Origin: an uncultured Planctomycetaceae bacterium
GTDB taxonomy: Bacteria; Planctomycetota; Planctomycetia; Planctomycetales; Planctomycetaceae
Length of the DNA: 64,000 nucleotides
Direction of reading: 5' to 3'
NCBI GenBank assembly: GCA_963813715.1
Contig: CAWFAK010000009.1
Span: forward strand, 448,001-512,000
Under the pieces are notes generated by a model. That model was not told the origin of the DNA and ran no database searches. It worked only from the letters and a program-made list of their open reading frames with translations. Positions 32,395-44,364 of the stretch are shown here, one piece after another (within the stretch, counting starts at the first letter, position 1; every line of letters begins with the position of its first letter). The position numbers and the translations under genes are program-made.

Positions 32395-32586
32395 AAGTAC
32401 CCCAATTCAACGAGCCTGTCCGGCAATTATACAATGCCGGGGCTCTGCGCATTAAGGGACCGAAATAATGTACTGCTCAGACACACCTGGTCCCACTGGC
32501 GTTCGCGGGGCTCAAACTCGCATTGTCCAAAGGTCGCAGGTTGGATAGAACTCCGGCCCCAACAGGACCCAAAAAGGAGTCTAGAA

Positions 32587-33177
32587 ATGGTCGCCCGCAC
32601 TTTCGTCGCATTCTGCGCGATTTTGAGCCTCACATCGTACTTGTCTGCCCAGGACCGTGATGACCGACGTGATGACCGGCGCGAGGAGCGCACGGACGAG
32701 CGCCGCGAACAACGCCGCGAACAACGCTTCATCAACGGTCGCGTGGTCAAGGTCGTCGACGGGGATACGTGCCTCGTCGAGGATCGGGACGGCCGCCGCC
32801 ACAATGTCTGCCTCTACGGAGTCGATGCACCGGAGAACGGGCAACCGTACTGGAAGGAAGCTCGCGAGGCGCTGTCTCGCAGGATCTACAACAAAGAAGT
32901 CCGCTTTGCGCCGGTCGAGACCGATTCCGAAGGTCGCGCCTGCTGCAACCTCTATGTTGGCGACCGCCAGATCAACTTGGACCAGGTTCGCGAAGGTTAC
33001 GGCTGGCACCACACCGAGCACGAGCCGATCCGCGAATTCGCTGAAGCTGAACGCGTCGCCCGCGAGCACCACGCCGGACTGTGGGCAGATCGCCGCCCGG
33101 TCGAGCCGTGGAAATATCGCCATGAGCACCGCGAGGCGCGCCGCGATTCCGATCGCGAACGCGAGCGCGAACGCTAA
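32587..33177 (+). CDS. Secreted thermonuclease (SNase-like) family protein
   Basis: Signal peptide, VVKVVDGDT, GVDAPE..QPY, VREGYGW, GLW and PWKYR motifs. Confidence 0.85.
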   Translation: MVARTFVAFCAILSLTSYLSAQDRDDRRDDRREERTDERREQRREQRFINGRVVKVVDGDTCLVEDRDGRRHNVCLYGVDAPENGQPYWKEAREALSRRIYNKEVRFAPVETDSEGRACCNLYVGDRQINLDQVREGYGWHHTEHEPIREFAEAERVAREHHAGLWADRRPVEPWKYRHEHREARRDSDRERERER

Positions 33178-33221
33178 GAGCTTCAGACGCGGAAGCGGTT
33201 GTGTTTTTCAGATGTGAAACA

Positions 33222-33263
33222 GTGAGCGGTGTGTCGCCTGCAAATGGGCGATACACCGCTTAC
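33222..33263. terminator. Long hairpin between convergent genes
   Basis: 18-bp stem GTGAGCGGTGTGTCGCCT/GGGCGATACACCGCTTAC with G-U pairs; no clear U-tract. Confidence 0.5.
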
Positions 33264-33295
33264 ACTCGTAAGCGGCTCTTGGAATCGGCTCCCTT

Positions 33296-35431
33296 TCAAT
33301 TGGAGCCGACACGAGCCAGCTCGCCCCGGGGCCCGTCCTGAGCCTCTAGCAGGATCCGCTGCAAGCCGCCGAAGTCGAGCGGCTTAACGAAGTGATAGTC
33401 GAATCCGGCTTCGCTCGAGCGGCGACGGTGCTCTTGCTGGCCGTATCCGCTCAACGCAACCAGGAGCGCGCCACGCGTGTCGGCGTGTTGGCGGAGGCGC
33501 CGGGCCACTTCGTAGCCGTCGATTTCCGGTAAGCCCAGGTCGAGCACGACGGCTTGCGGACGGAATTCGTGGGCCACCTCGACCGCTTGCCGGCCGTCGT
33601 GCGCGGTGCGGACTTCGTGGTCGCCGTGCCGGAGCAGCCAGGCGAGGCTGTCGGCTGCGTCGGCGTTGTCGTCGACCACGAGCACGCGGAGCGGAGCCGC
33701 AGGTGACCGGTTCTCCAGCGGCGCGTCGGCAACCGCTTCGGGGTCGGGGGGCGACTCGATCGCCGGCAGTCGGACAGTGAACTCGCTGCCGCCGCCGGCG
33801 CCGCTGCTGGCCGCTTCCACGCGTCCGCCGTGCATTTCGACCAGGCGTTTGACCACGGTCAGGCCGACGCCCAGCCCGCCCTGCGAACGATCGAGCGAAC
33901 GCTCAACCTGCGTGAACAGCTCGAAGACTTTGGGCAGCATCTCGGCCGAAATGCCGATACCGTTGTCCGCCACGCGAAAGACGGCCTCTCCGCCGGATCG
34001 CTCGACGGTCAGCGCGATCAATCCGCCTCGCTGCGTGTATTTGGCCGCGTTGTTGAGCAGGTTCGAGAGCACCTGCGCCAAACGGACGCGATCGCAGCGA
34101 ACCCAGACCGGTTCTTCGGGCAGCGTCACCGTCATCTGGTGGCCAGATTCTTCGATCAGCGGCCGGCTCGTTTCCACGGCCGCGGCCACCACCGACGCCG
34201 CGTTCAGCACCTCGAGGTCGAGGCGAATCTTGCCACCGGTAATCCGCGACACGTCGAGCAGATCGTCGACGAGCCGCACCAGGTGCTTGGTCTGACGGTT
34301 GATGATCTCGCGGGCCCACTCGATCTCCGGCTGCCCGTCCCCTTTGAGCCGCAACACGTCGACGGCCGTGCGAATGGGGGCCAGCGGATTGCGCAGCTCG
34401 TGGGCGAGCATCGACAGGAATTCGTTTTTCTGGCGGTCGGCCCGCTCCAGATCCTTGTAAAGATTCGCGTTCTCCAGCGCCATCGCGGCCCGCGAGCCCA
34501 GGGCCTCGATCAACGTCCGATCGTCGGCACTAAACGGCGGCGCGGCCGAACCACGCTTGATGCCGAGCACGGCAAACGTCGATTTTTGCCCGGCGAGCGG
34601 CAGCAGGATCAGTCGCGGGTCCGATGCACCGAGCGCGGAGTCCGAGGGACGATCGAGGCCGGACGCCTGTGCGGATTGCGCCTGTGTCGAGTGCGCCTGT
34701 GTCGATTGCGATTGGCGAATGGCCGCTGCGATCTCGCTCGGCAGCGGGTCGAGACTCGCCAGCTCGGCAACCGACACCTCGTCACCTGTTGCGATGGCCT
34801 GCACGATCTGCCAACAGGGCCCCAACTCGTCCCAACGGGCGACCACGGCGTGCTCGCCCAAGGTCGGCACGGTCAGCCGCACCAGATCGCGGGCCGTCGC
34901 CGCATAGTCGAGCGAGCGACCGACAACCTCGGTGACCTGCGCGAGAAACCGCAGCCGCGAATTGGCCTCTTCGGCCGCGGCCCGCCGCACGCGCTCCTGG
35001 TCGAAGGCCAGCCGCTCCTCGCCCTGCCGCTTGATCTGCTCGGTCATGCGGAAGAGTTCGACGAACACGCGGACCTTAGCCCGCAGCACCTCCGGCACAA
35101 TGGGCGTTTGCAAGTAATCGACCGCCCCGTGCGCGTAGCCCCGGGCCGCGTGTACTTCGTCCGGAAACGCCGTCACGAAGATGATCGGCGTGTGCGAAGA
35201 GTGCTTGCGCCCGCGGATGAAGGCGGCCGTCTCGAAGCCGTCCATGCCCGGCATGTTGACGTCGAGCAGGATGACTGCGAAGTCGTTCGTCAGGACCGAC
35301 TTGAGCGCCTCTTCGCCGCAGTCGGCGAACGTCAGCTCAAGATCGAGCTCGCCCAAGATGGCACGATAGGCCAGCAGATTTTCGGGTCGGTCGTCGACCA
35401 GAAGAATCTTGATCTTATCGTTGCGCGACAT
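33296..35431 (-). CDS. Hybrid sensor histidine kinase REC-GAF-HisKA-HATPase-REC (OsaB-like N-terminal receiver)
   Basis: ILLVDDRPENL..LLDVNMPGMDG, LAHELRNPL, NLLNNAAKYT, DNGIG, GLGVGL and a C-terminal REC domain. Confidence 0.93.
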   Translation of the reverse strand: MSRNDKIKILLVDDRPENLLAYRAILGELDLELTFADCGEEALKSVLTNDFAVILLDVNMPGMDGFETAAFIRGRKHSSHTPIIFVTAFPDEVHAARGYAHGAVDYLQTPIVPEVLRAKVRVFVELFRMTEQIKRQGEERLAFDQERVRRAAAEEANSRLRFLAQVTEVVGRSLDYAATARDLVRLTVPTLGEHAVVARWDELGPCWQIVQAIATGDEVSVAELASLDPLPSEIAAAIRQSQSTQAHSTQAQSAQASGLDRPSDSALGASDPRLILLPLAGQKSTFAVLGIKRGSAAPPFSADDRTLIEALGSRAAMALENANLYKDLERADRQKNEFLSMLAHELRNPLAPIRTAVDVLRLKGDGQPEIEWAREIINRQTKHLVRLVDDLLDVSRITGGKIRLDLEVLNAASVVAAAVETSRPLIEESGHQMTVTLPEEPVWVRCDRVRLAQVLSNLLNNAAKYTQRGGLIALTVERSGGEAVFRVADNGIGISAEMLPKVFELFTQVERSLDRSQGGLGVGLTVVKRLVEMHGGRVEAASSGAGGGSEFTVRLPAIESPPDPEAVADAPLENRSPAAPLRVLVVDDNADAADSLAWLLRHGDHEVRTAHDGRQAVEVAHEFRPQAVVLDLGLPEIDGYEVARRLRQHADTRGALLVALSGYGQQEHRRRSSEAGFDYHFVKPLDFGGLQRILLEAQDGPRGELARVGSN

Positions 35432-35532
35432 GCGGCCAACCTGCTGAGATGCGAAATGCCTCTGCCGACGCTAATACTCTTCCGCCCGCGCCCCTCGCGG
35501 GAGAGGCGTTGGGGATGAGGGGCTCACGATCA

Positions 35533-38500
35533 TTAACGATGCAGCCATGCGCAACACGCCGAGCATCTGGTCCCCGTCGACGGGTTTGGCCAAGTAGTCC
35601 CAGGCTCCCGCTTCGAGGCACTTCTCGCGATCTCCCTTCATGGCCTTGGCCGTCACAGCGACGATGGGAACATCTTTCAGATTGTTGATCTTCCGGATTT
35701 CGCGCATCGTTTCCATGCCGTCCATTTCCGGCATCATGATGTCCATCAGCACGATGTCGATTCCCGGGTCCTCCTGCAACCGGCGAATGGCATCGCGGCC
35801 GTTGTCGGCCGAAACCACCAGCATCTCGTGATCCTCCAACACCGTCGACAGCGCGAAGATGTTGCGGATATCGTCGTCGACGACGAGCACCTTGCGACCG
35901 GCCAGGGGCTTGTCCGACTGGTGCAGGTCCAACAGGATCCGCCGCTTCTGCTCCGGCAGCCCGGCGATCGGACGGTGCAAATAAAATAGGGTGCGGTCGA
36001 GCACGCGATCCAGTGAACGCGCGGGAGAAATTGTCGCCGACTGCGACAACCGCCGCCACGGTTCCGGATTGAACTCTTCCTCCGTATAGAGCACCACCGC
36101 CGGGCGCCGCACGTCGGCCGCATGTTCCTCGGCCCAGTTGGCAAACGCGTCGGAAAATCGCCGCTCGGAAGCCTCGGCCACCACGCAATCGATATTTCCG
36201 TTCCGCAGTTCTTTGATCGCGGCGGGCACGTCCGACACGACGGTGACTTCAACGTCCTTAGTGCTCAGGCAGTCCTCGAGTTTCTGTCGCGTCTCGGCCG
36301 AAGGCGCGAAGAGCAAGACCTTCCGCGCCGCGCGGGCCGCGTAACCGCGCAGGTCGCCCAACAGATCGTCCAGCAGTTCGTGGCTGGAGATCGGCTTGGC
36401 GAGGAACGCGAGCGCCCCGGCACGGAACGCCCGGTCCCGCGATTCGTCGGTCGAGATCACGCACACGGGAATGTGCCGCAGCGCCACGTCGGCCTTCAGC
36501 CGTTCCATCACGCGCCAGCCGTCGATATCGGGCAGGTGCAGGTCGAGCGTGATGGCGTGCGGCTGATACTGCCGCACGAGCACTAAAGCGCTCGCCCCCA
36601 GCGACGTCACCAGGCCTTTCATGCCTTTGGCCCGTGCCGATTCGAGTAGATAGCGGGCAAAGCCTTCGTCGTTTTCGACGATCAATAGCACCTGGTCGCC
36701 CGGCTGGATGTCGTCGCGGTCGTCGCCCGCCTCGTTGACGAGCTCGTAGCCCGCCCCGCCTCCGGTGTCGTTCTCCGGCAGGACGTCTCTGATGGCCGTT
36801 CCCGCCCAACCCGGCGTGCAAGCCGCCGTTCGGACCGCCGTTGCCGCGCGGGCCGACCGGCTCGCGCACCGGTAGCCGCGCCGGCGAGCCAACGAACGTC
36901 TGACCGTGGGAGGCGCCGCGGGGCGCGTCGTCCGACATCGATTTGCGGCCGCTGCGGGGCGGCGAGAAGCGGATCGGCAGATAGAGCGTGAAATTACTGC
37001 CGCGACCCGGCGCCGACGAGAGCCGAATTTCGCCTCCGAGCAAACGTGACAGTTCGCGGCTGATCGCCAACCCCAGCCCGGTGCCACCATACTTGCGGTT
37101 GGTCGATCCATCGGCCTGCTGGAAGGCCTCGAAGATGATCTGCTGCTTGTCGGTCGCGATGCCGATGCCCGTGTCGGTGACTTCGAAGGCCACCATCCTT
37201 TGCGACGGGTTGGGCGTCTCGTCGGCATCCGTCCAGCCCCCGTCGAACCGAATGCACGCTCAGCTTGACCTGCCCGCGATGCGTGAACTTGAACGCGTTG
37301 GACAGCAGGTTCTTAATGATCTGCTGCAGCCGCTTGGCATCGGTGAAGATCGACTTGGGCAGGACCGGATCGAAATCGACTTCGAAATCGACGTTCTTCT
37401 GCTCGCCCACGTGCCGGAACGTGCGTTCGACGAAGTTTCGCAGATCGTCGAAGGGCAATTCCATCGCGTCGACCACGACCGTCCCCGACTCGATCTTCGA
37501 CAGGTCGAGGATGTCGTTGATCAGGGTCAACAGGTCGTTGCCGGACGAGTGGATCGTCTTGGCGAATTCGGTCTGCTTCGGATTGAGGTTGCCTTCCACG
37601 TTCTTGGAGAGCTGGTCGGAGAGAATCAGCAGGCTGTTGAGCGGCGTCCGCAGCTCGTGCGACATGTTCGCCAGGAACTCGGACTTGTACTTCGAGGTGA
37701 GGGCCAGCTGCTTGGCCTTTTCTTCCAGTTCCTGCCGGGCCTGCTCGACTTCCGCGTTCTTGCGTTCGACTTCCTGGTTCTGCTTGGCCAGCAGGCGGGC
37801 CTTTTCCTGCAGCTCTTCGTTCGTCTTCTGCAATTCTTCCTGCCGAGTCTGCAGCTGATGGGCCAGCGACTGCGACTGCTTGAGCAGGTCTTCCGTGAGC
37901 ATGTTGGCGTCGATCGTGTTGAGCACGATGGCGATCGACTCGGCCAGCTGCTCCAGGAAGGCCTGGTGCGTCGGGTTGAAGCCCTCGAAGGAGGCCAACT
38001 CGAGCACGCCGCGGACTTGCCCTTCATAAGTCAGCGGCAACACGAGCACGCTGCGGGGCGGCGCTTCGCCCAGTCCGGACGAGACGCGAATGAAGTCGGT
38101 CGGCACGCTGGTCAGCGAAATCTTCGACTTGTCGAGCGCACACTGCCCGACGAGCCCCTGCCCCAGATTGATCCGCTTGCCCGTCGCCGCGCCGTCGCTG
38201 CCGTAGCTGGCCAGGAGCTTGAGCTGCGGCTCGTTGCTCGACGAATCGAGCACGAAGAACTCGGCCTGGAGTGCGGTGACCACCGGGCACACTTCGGACA
38301 GAATCATGCGGCCGACGTTCGTCAGGTCGCGTTGGCCCTGCAGCATACGGCTGAACTTGGCCAGGTTCGTCTTCAGCCAGTCCTGCTCGGTGTTCTTCTG
38401 CGTGGTGTCACGCAGGTTGCGGATCATTTCGTTGATCGTGTCCTTGAGGGCGGCCACTTCTCCCTGAGCACCGACCTTGATCGATCGCGTCAGGTCGCCC

Positions 38501-41404
38501 TTGGTCACGGCCGTCGCCACTTCGGCGATGGCTCGCACCTGCGTCGTCAGGTTGGCGGCCAGCTGGTTCACGTTCTCGGTGAGGGCCTTCCACGTGCCGG
38601 CCGCACCGGGCACCTTGGCCTGACCGCCCAGCTGCCCTTCGACACCCACCTCGCGGGCCACCGTGGTCACCTGGTCGGCGAACGTGGCCAGCGTGTCGAT
38701 CATTTCGTTGATCGTCTCGGCCAGCTCGGCGATTTCGCCCTTGGCTTCCACCATCAGCTTCCGCTTGAGGTCGCCGTTGGCGACGGCCGTCACGACCTTC
38801 GCGATACCGCGGACCTGGCCGGTGAGGTTACTGGCCATGAAGTTCACGCTGTCGGTCAGGTCCTTCCACGTACCGGCGACGCCCGGCACATACGCCTGCC
38901 CGCCCAGCTTTCCTTCGGTGCCCACTTCGCGGGCCACGCGGGTCACTTCCGACGGCGAACGACCGCAGCTGATCGACCATCGTGTTGACGGTGTTTTTCA
39001 GCTCGAGAATTTCGCCCTTCACGTCGACGGTGATCTTCTTCGACAAGTCGCCGGCCGCGACGGCTTTCGTCACGTCGGCGATGTTTCGCACCTGGCCGGT
39101 GAGGTTACTGGCCATGAAGTTCACGCTGTCGGTCAGGTCCTTCCACGTTCCGCCGACGCCGGGCACGTCGGCCTGGCCGCCCAGCTTCCCTTCCGTTCCC
39201 ACTTCGCGGGCCACGCGGGTCACTTCGGCGGCGAACGACCGCAGCTGATCGACCATCGTATTGATGGTGTTTTTCAGCTCGAGAATTTCGCCCTTCACGT
39301 CGACGGTGATCTTCTTCGACAGGTTGCCGGTGGCGACGGCCGTCGTCACGTCGGCGATGTTTCGCACCTGGCCCGTCAGGTTACTGGCCATGAAGTTCAC
39401 GCTGTCGGTCAGGTCCTTCCACGTACCGGCGACACCGGGCACGTCGGCCTGGCCGCCCAGCTTCCCTTCCGTTCCCACTTCGCGGGCCACACGGGTCACT
39501 TCCGAAGCGAACGACCGCAGCTGATCGACCATCGTATTGATGGTGTTCTTCAGCTCGAGGATTTCGCCCTTCACGTCGACGGTGATCTTCTTCGACAGGT
39601 TGCCCGTGGCGACGGCCGTCGTCACGTCGGCGATGTTTCGCACCTGGCCAGTCAGGTTACTGGCCATGAAGTTCACGCTGTCGGTCAGGTCCTTCCACGT
39701 ACCGGCGACCCCAGGCACGTCGGCCTGGCCGCCCAGCTTCCCTTCCGTTCCCACTTCGCGGGCCACGCGGGTCACTTCGGCGGCGAACGAACTCAACTGA
39801 TCGACCATCGTGTTGATGGTGTCTTTGAGTTCCAGAATTTCGCCGGCGACCACCACCGTGATCTTGCGGGACAGGTCGCCGTTGGCGATGGCGGTCGCCA
39901 CCTCGGCGATGTTTCGCACCTGGCCGGTGAGATTACCGGCCATCATGTTCACGCTGTCGGTCAGGTCCTTCCACGTACCGGCGACGCCTTGCACGTCGGC
40001 CTGCCCGCCCAGCTTTCCTTCCGTTCCCACTTCGCGGGCCACACGGGTCACTTCCGAAGCGAACGACCGCAGCTGGTCCACCATCGTGTTGATGGTGTTT
40101 TTCAGTTCCAGAATTTCGCCGCGGACGTCGACGGTGATCTTCTTCGACAAGTCGCCCGTCGCGACAGCCTTCGTCACGTCGGCGATGTTTCGCACCTGGC
40201 CGGTCAGGTTGCCGGCCATCATGTTCACGCTGTCGGTCAGGTCCTTCCACGTGCCGGCCACCCCTTGCACGTCGGCCTGGCCGCCCAGCTTTCCTTCCGT
40301 TCCCACTTCGCGGGCCACGCGGGTCACTTCGGCGGCGAATGAACCGAGCTGGTCGACCATCGTGTTGATGGTGTTTTTCAGCTCGAGGATTTCGCCCTTC
40401 ACGTCGACGGTGATCTTCTTCGACAGGTCGCCCGTGGCGACGGCCGTCGTCACCTCGGCGATGTTTCGCACCTGGGCCGTCAGGTTACCGGCCATGCTGT
40501 TGACGCTGTCGGTCAGGCTCTTCCACGTACCGGCCACGCCTTGCACGTCGGCCTGGCCGCCCAGTTTTCCTTCGGTGCCCACTTCGCGGGCCACGCGGGT
40601 CACTTCCGACGCGAACGACCGCAGCTGGTCCACCATCGTGTTGATGGTGTTCTTGAGTTCCTGCACCTCGCCTTTCACGTCGACGGTGATCTTGCGGGAC
40701 AAGTCGCCGGCGGCGACGGCCGTCGTCACCTCGGCGATGTTTCGCACCTGGGCCGTCAGGTTGCCGGCCATGCTGTTGACGCTGTCGGTCAGGTCTTTCC
40801 AAGTGCCGGCGACCCCTTGCACGCGGGCCTGGCCGCCGAGTTTTCCTTCGGTGCCCACTTCGCGGGCCACGCGGGTCACTTCCGAAGCGAACGAGCCGAG
40901 CTGATCGACCATCGTGTTGATGGTGCGGGCCGTTTTGAGGAACTCGCCCTTCAGCGGCACGCCGTCGACTTCGAGGGCCATCGTCTGCGACAGGTCGCCC
41001 TGCGCGACGGCGCCGATGACGCGGGCCGTTTCGCTGGTCGGATGGACCAGGTCGTCGATCAACGAGTTGACCGAACGTGCCGACTCCTCCCAGAAGCCGC
41101 CGATGTCGGACAGCGGCATCCGCTCGGACAGTTTTCCCTCTTTGCCGGCCACGCGACGCAAGCGGGCCAGCTCGCCGGCCATCCGCTCGTTTAGCTCGAC
41201 GACTTCGTTGAAGGCGTCGGCCACTTTGCCTTCGACGCCCGTCCACTCGATCGGCAGCCGCACGCCCGACTTGCCTCGCTTGAGCGACGTGAGCGCGGAG
41301 AGCAGCGTGACCATCGCCGCGTGCGACGGGTCCGTCGCCGGCGCCGCGGGAGACGCGTTCTGCTCCTTGCCATCCTTAGCGTGGGGTTCTTGGAGCCGAG
41401 GCAT
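35533..41404 (-). CDS. Poly-HAMP hybrid histidine kinase (OsaA / group III-like): HAMP repeats, GAF, HisKA, HATPase and three REC domains; multiple frameshifts
   Basis: Joined from ORFs 38828-41434, 36994-38946, 36258-37196 and 35471-37228. Motifs: [19 protein letters not shown] repeats, [32 protein letters not shown] and [12 protein letters not shown]. Confidence 0.92.
38431..40915 (-). repeat. Nine tandem 276-bp (92-aa) HAMP repeat units
   Basis: The unit [28 protein letters not shown]...ELKNTIN recurs with 276-nt periodicity; the last two units are diverged. Confidence 0.92.
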
Positions 41405-41898
41405 GGGAACTCCTGTGGAATGCGCCGAAATCAATTTGGCGGTTTAGTGGGGATCCGTCGCGTACGAGAAATCGTCCGAGAACCTGCGGCAAGCGGAACG
41501 GGCAGCGAAGTGATTCACGGTGGATTGTGCCTCAAAAGAACTGGCTGCACGCGCATTTTCGAGAAGGGTGCGGAGATTTGCCAGTGTCGGCACAAGGGTG
41601 GAAATGTCTTGTCCAGAACGTCTAATCACAAACAGCGGCCCGCAAAACTTGCCTCGTGGGAACCTGCAGACGACGGAACCTCCTGCCCGCGCCAGCACGG
41701 GAGGAGGTGCCGCATCACTTTGTCGAAGTCGGGTATCAACAGCGCGACTGCGACGGGTGCCTTCAGGCAACGCCGTCGAGCGGTCGCCACATTGATCCGA
41801 GAGAGGCGGGCGATCTCACTGCCGCCCCTCGCGCTGACTTTCCTTCTCCTGCCCCAGTGTGATCAACTCGGAAATCCTCGACTCCCGGAATGAGCGGC

Positions 41899-42279
41899 TC
41901 ACCGCCACCCGTAGCCGTAGTCGTAATCACCGTTGTTCCCATTCCCGCTGTACGAGTAGTCGTAGGGTGGGAAATTATTAAAGTTGAGGCGGTCTCCGCG
42001 GGTCGCGCGTTCGTAAAGGTAGGGTCCGCCGTAGTTCTGCGGGTACAGTTGCGGACCGCCCATAAACGAAGAGTTGCCGCTATACTCATAGAGGTGTCCG
42101 ACGGCGTAAGGAGCCGGCGTCAGATAACCGTAGGCTCCGTAGCTGTAGTCAAGCGGTTGATACGAATAATGGTAAAAGGGAACGTTGCCGTTATAGTAAT
42201 CTTGAGCTTGGACGGCTCCGCTTGCGGCCAAAACCGCAAGCACAGCAATCGTCGCTGCCAGGTTGAATGTGTTTCGCAT
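41899..42279 (-). CDS. Small secreted Tyr/Gly/Asn-rich protein (paralog 2)
   Basis: Signal peptide ending VQA-Q, Tyr-rich mature region, GGAGA RBS; homologous to the neighbouring ORF. Confidence 0.8.
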   Translation of the reverse strand: MRNTFNLAATIAVLAVLAASGAVQAQDYYNGNVPFYHYSYQPLDYSYGAYGYLTPAPYAVGHLYEYSGNSSFMGGPQLYPQNYGGPYLYERATRGDRLNFNNFPPYDYSYSGNGNNGDYDYGYGWR

Positions 42280-42454
42280 CGTATGTCTCCACTTCTCTGT
42301 CGAGGCATCCGGCTAAGATCACTGGTGGAGACTGAGCTAAGTAGCCGCCTCCCGCGCTGACCTCGCTTTCCTGTTGCGCTGACCGCCCCTGCCTTAGCCT
42401 TCGCGGCGCGAGCGGTCAACCGGTGCTCGACTCCCAAGGTGAATTACTGACGTC

Positions 42455-42784
42455 TTACCACCAACCAAAACGGAAGCCGACCCGCCCAGTGTCGCCGAAG
42501 CGACCGTAGAGCAGCGGTCCGCCGTAGTTGTAGCCCGTCTGCGGATACGCTCCGTAGTAGTAGCTTCCGTAGTACGGATAAGTGGTTTGCGGCACGTTGC
42601 CGACGGCGTACGGCGCGGGTGCCCTGTAGCCATAGGCTCCGTAGTTGTAGTTCTGCGGAGTGTGGCCGTACGTATACGGAGCACCGTTGCGGTTGTTGTA
42701 GTCCTGGGCTTGAGCCGTGCTCGAGCCTGCCCACAAGAGCAGTCCCAGCGCGCCCGCGGCCATCAGGCTTGATCTCCATCGCAT
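42455..42784 (-). CDS. Small secreted Tyr/Gly-rich protein (paralog 1)
   Basis: Signal peptide ending AQA-Q; shares YGAYGY..PAPYAVG and NYGGP.LY.R with 41899-42279. Confidence 0.8.
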   Translation of the reverse strand: MRWRSSLMAAGALGLLLWAGSSTAQAQDYNNRNGAPYTYGHTPQNYNYGAYGYRAPAPYAVGNVPQTTYPYYGSYYYGAYPQTGYNYGGPLLYGRFGDTGRVGFRFGWW

Positions 42785-42816
42785 GGTCCATCTTCCTTTC
42801 TGCCGAGAGGTCAGCT

Positions 42817-44101
42817 TTATTTTTTCTGAAGCTGTTCGCGAAGTTGTTTGACCTCTTCGCGAAGCTGCTTCAGTTCATCCGCGATCTGCTGATTCTGCTG
42901 CGAGAGTCGATTGATGTCGTTGCCGTTGAAGCCGGCCTGACCCTGAAATTGACCGCCCTGCCCCTGCCACGGCGCGGCCTGCCACGGGCCGGGACCCTGC
43001 GGGAACTGCTGCGGTCCGTATTGGGGACCATACTGCGGCCCGCCTTGACCCGGACCAAACTGATTCTGGCCGTTTTGACCCGGGGCGAATTGAGCCGTGT
43101 ATTCCTGGTTGCGGCTGCCCAAGGTGACCGGGATCTTCATCGATTTGTCGTCTCGCATCACTTCCAGGTCGGCTTTCGCCTGTGGCTTCATCTCGTGAAT
43201 CAGCGCGACCAGCTCGGCCGCGTCGTCGACCTTCTGGCCGTTGATCTGCATGATCACGTCGCCGGAGCGCAAACCCGCGCGAGCGGCCGGTCCGTTCGGA
43301 TAGACCTGCGAGATCTCGGCGCCCTTCTCTTCGGCGACCGCGTTCTTGTTCTCTGAACCCGGCGCCGTCGGCGCCCGGCCCGAAGCCTGCGTGTTCTGAC
43401 CCTGACCCTGCCCGTTCTGACCCTGCCCATTTTGAGCTGGACCGTTCGGGTTCTGGCCGTTCGGATTTTGGAAGGTCTGGTTCTGGTCGTTTCCGTTCTG
43501 ATTCTCTTCGAGCAGGACGCCCAACCAGGCGTGATCGCCTTGGAACTGGCCCGCGACGAGCTGCGTCGTCATTTCACGGCCATTGCGTTGATAGACGACG
43601 GGAACCGGACGACCACCGAGCACGCTCAGATAGGCGATCAACTGCCGCGGGCTGGCGAAGGTGCGGCCATCGACGGCGATCAACTGATCGTTCGGTTGCA
43701 GCCCAGCCTGACTGGCCGGACTATTCGGATCGACGGTCTTGATTTTCATTTCGGTCTGAGCGCCGCGCACGCCGTGTTCAAAATGCCGCGCCGAGCACGG
43801 AGCCGGTGCCCGTGGCTTCCTGGGCGGAAGTGCCGCTCGCGTCGGACGCGTGCCCTGCCTGTCCGGGAACGCCCCGTCCCGGTACGGCCTCTCCTGCCTG
43901 CGTGGCCGGATCCGCCGTCGGTGCGCTGGTTCTAACAGGGGAGCTTGTGGGTGTGTTATTTGTCGGGGCCGGCGTCGGTTCCGGCCGGTTCGGATTCGGA
44001 TTGCTGAGCTGCCCCCAAGCCGCCGTGGTCGCCCAGGCGACGACCGCACCGACGGAGAGTGATCGAGTCAGGATCATCGGCCAACCAAGATTCGGTCTCA
44101 T
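42817..44101 (-). CDS. Secreted tandem-PDZ protein with Gln/Gly/Asn-rich linkers and C-terminal coiled coil (frameshift near 43780)
   Basis: Signal peptide in ORF 43778-44122. PDZ motifs VDPNSPASQAGLQPNDQLIAVDG and VYPNGPAARAGLRSGDVIMQING. No protease domain seen. Confidence 0.82.
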
Positions 44102-44364
44102 TCCTTCTCCTTTGCCAACCACCCGGCTGCGTTAAGGTTCATGGCAACAACAGTTGAGGAACAGGAATCAAGAGCGTGAAGTGGGTGGACAACGTGAAGG
44201 TGAACACTGTGTCGGACCCTGCGTGGGCCTTCCGTTCAGATTCAGGCTCGCCGTCCCGCTCGTTCGACCGCTGCGGACTACCGGGAAAGTCTGCCAGCGG
44301 TTGAGGAGACATCGGGCACGGCCGTCGACGTGTTGCGAGTTCGAGCGACAGCCCACATTGTGGG

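Noticed and set aside
34665..34709. Three 15-bp tandem units (QSTQA-like) in the hybrid kinase
   Set aside because: This is an in-frame low-complexity linker expansion with no evidence of function.
35468..35525. Degenerate CCCTC...GGGAGAGG...GGGGATGAGGGG repeat between the two kinases, and a possible repeat at 13625-13690
   Set aside because: Each is a single degenerate copy in the window, so a repeat family cannot be supported from this sequence alone.
38431..40915. Long regular repeats as a CRISPR array or mobile element
   Set aside because: Units are 276 bp, in-frame and protein-coding (HAMP), with no unique spacers and no cas genes.
41899..42784. Tyr-rich small proteins as RiPP precursors modified by the radical SAM enzyme
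   Set aside because: They carry Sec-type signal peptides rather than leader peptides, the radical SAM gene is about 10 kb away and shows no SPASM/RRE features, and no RiPP transporter or protease is adjacent.
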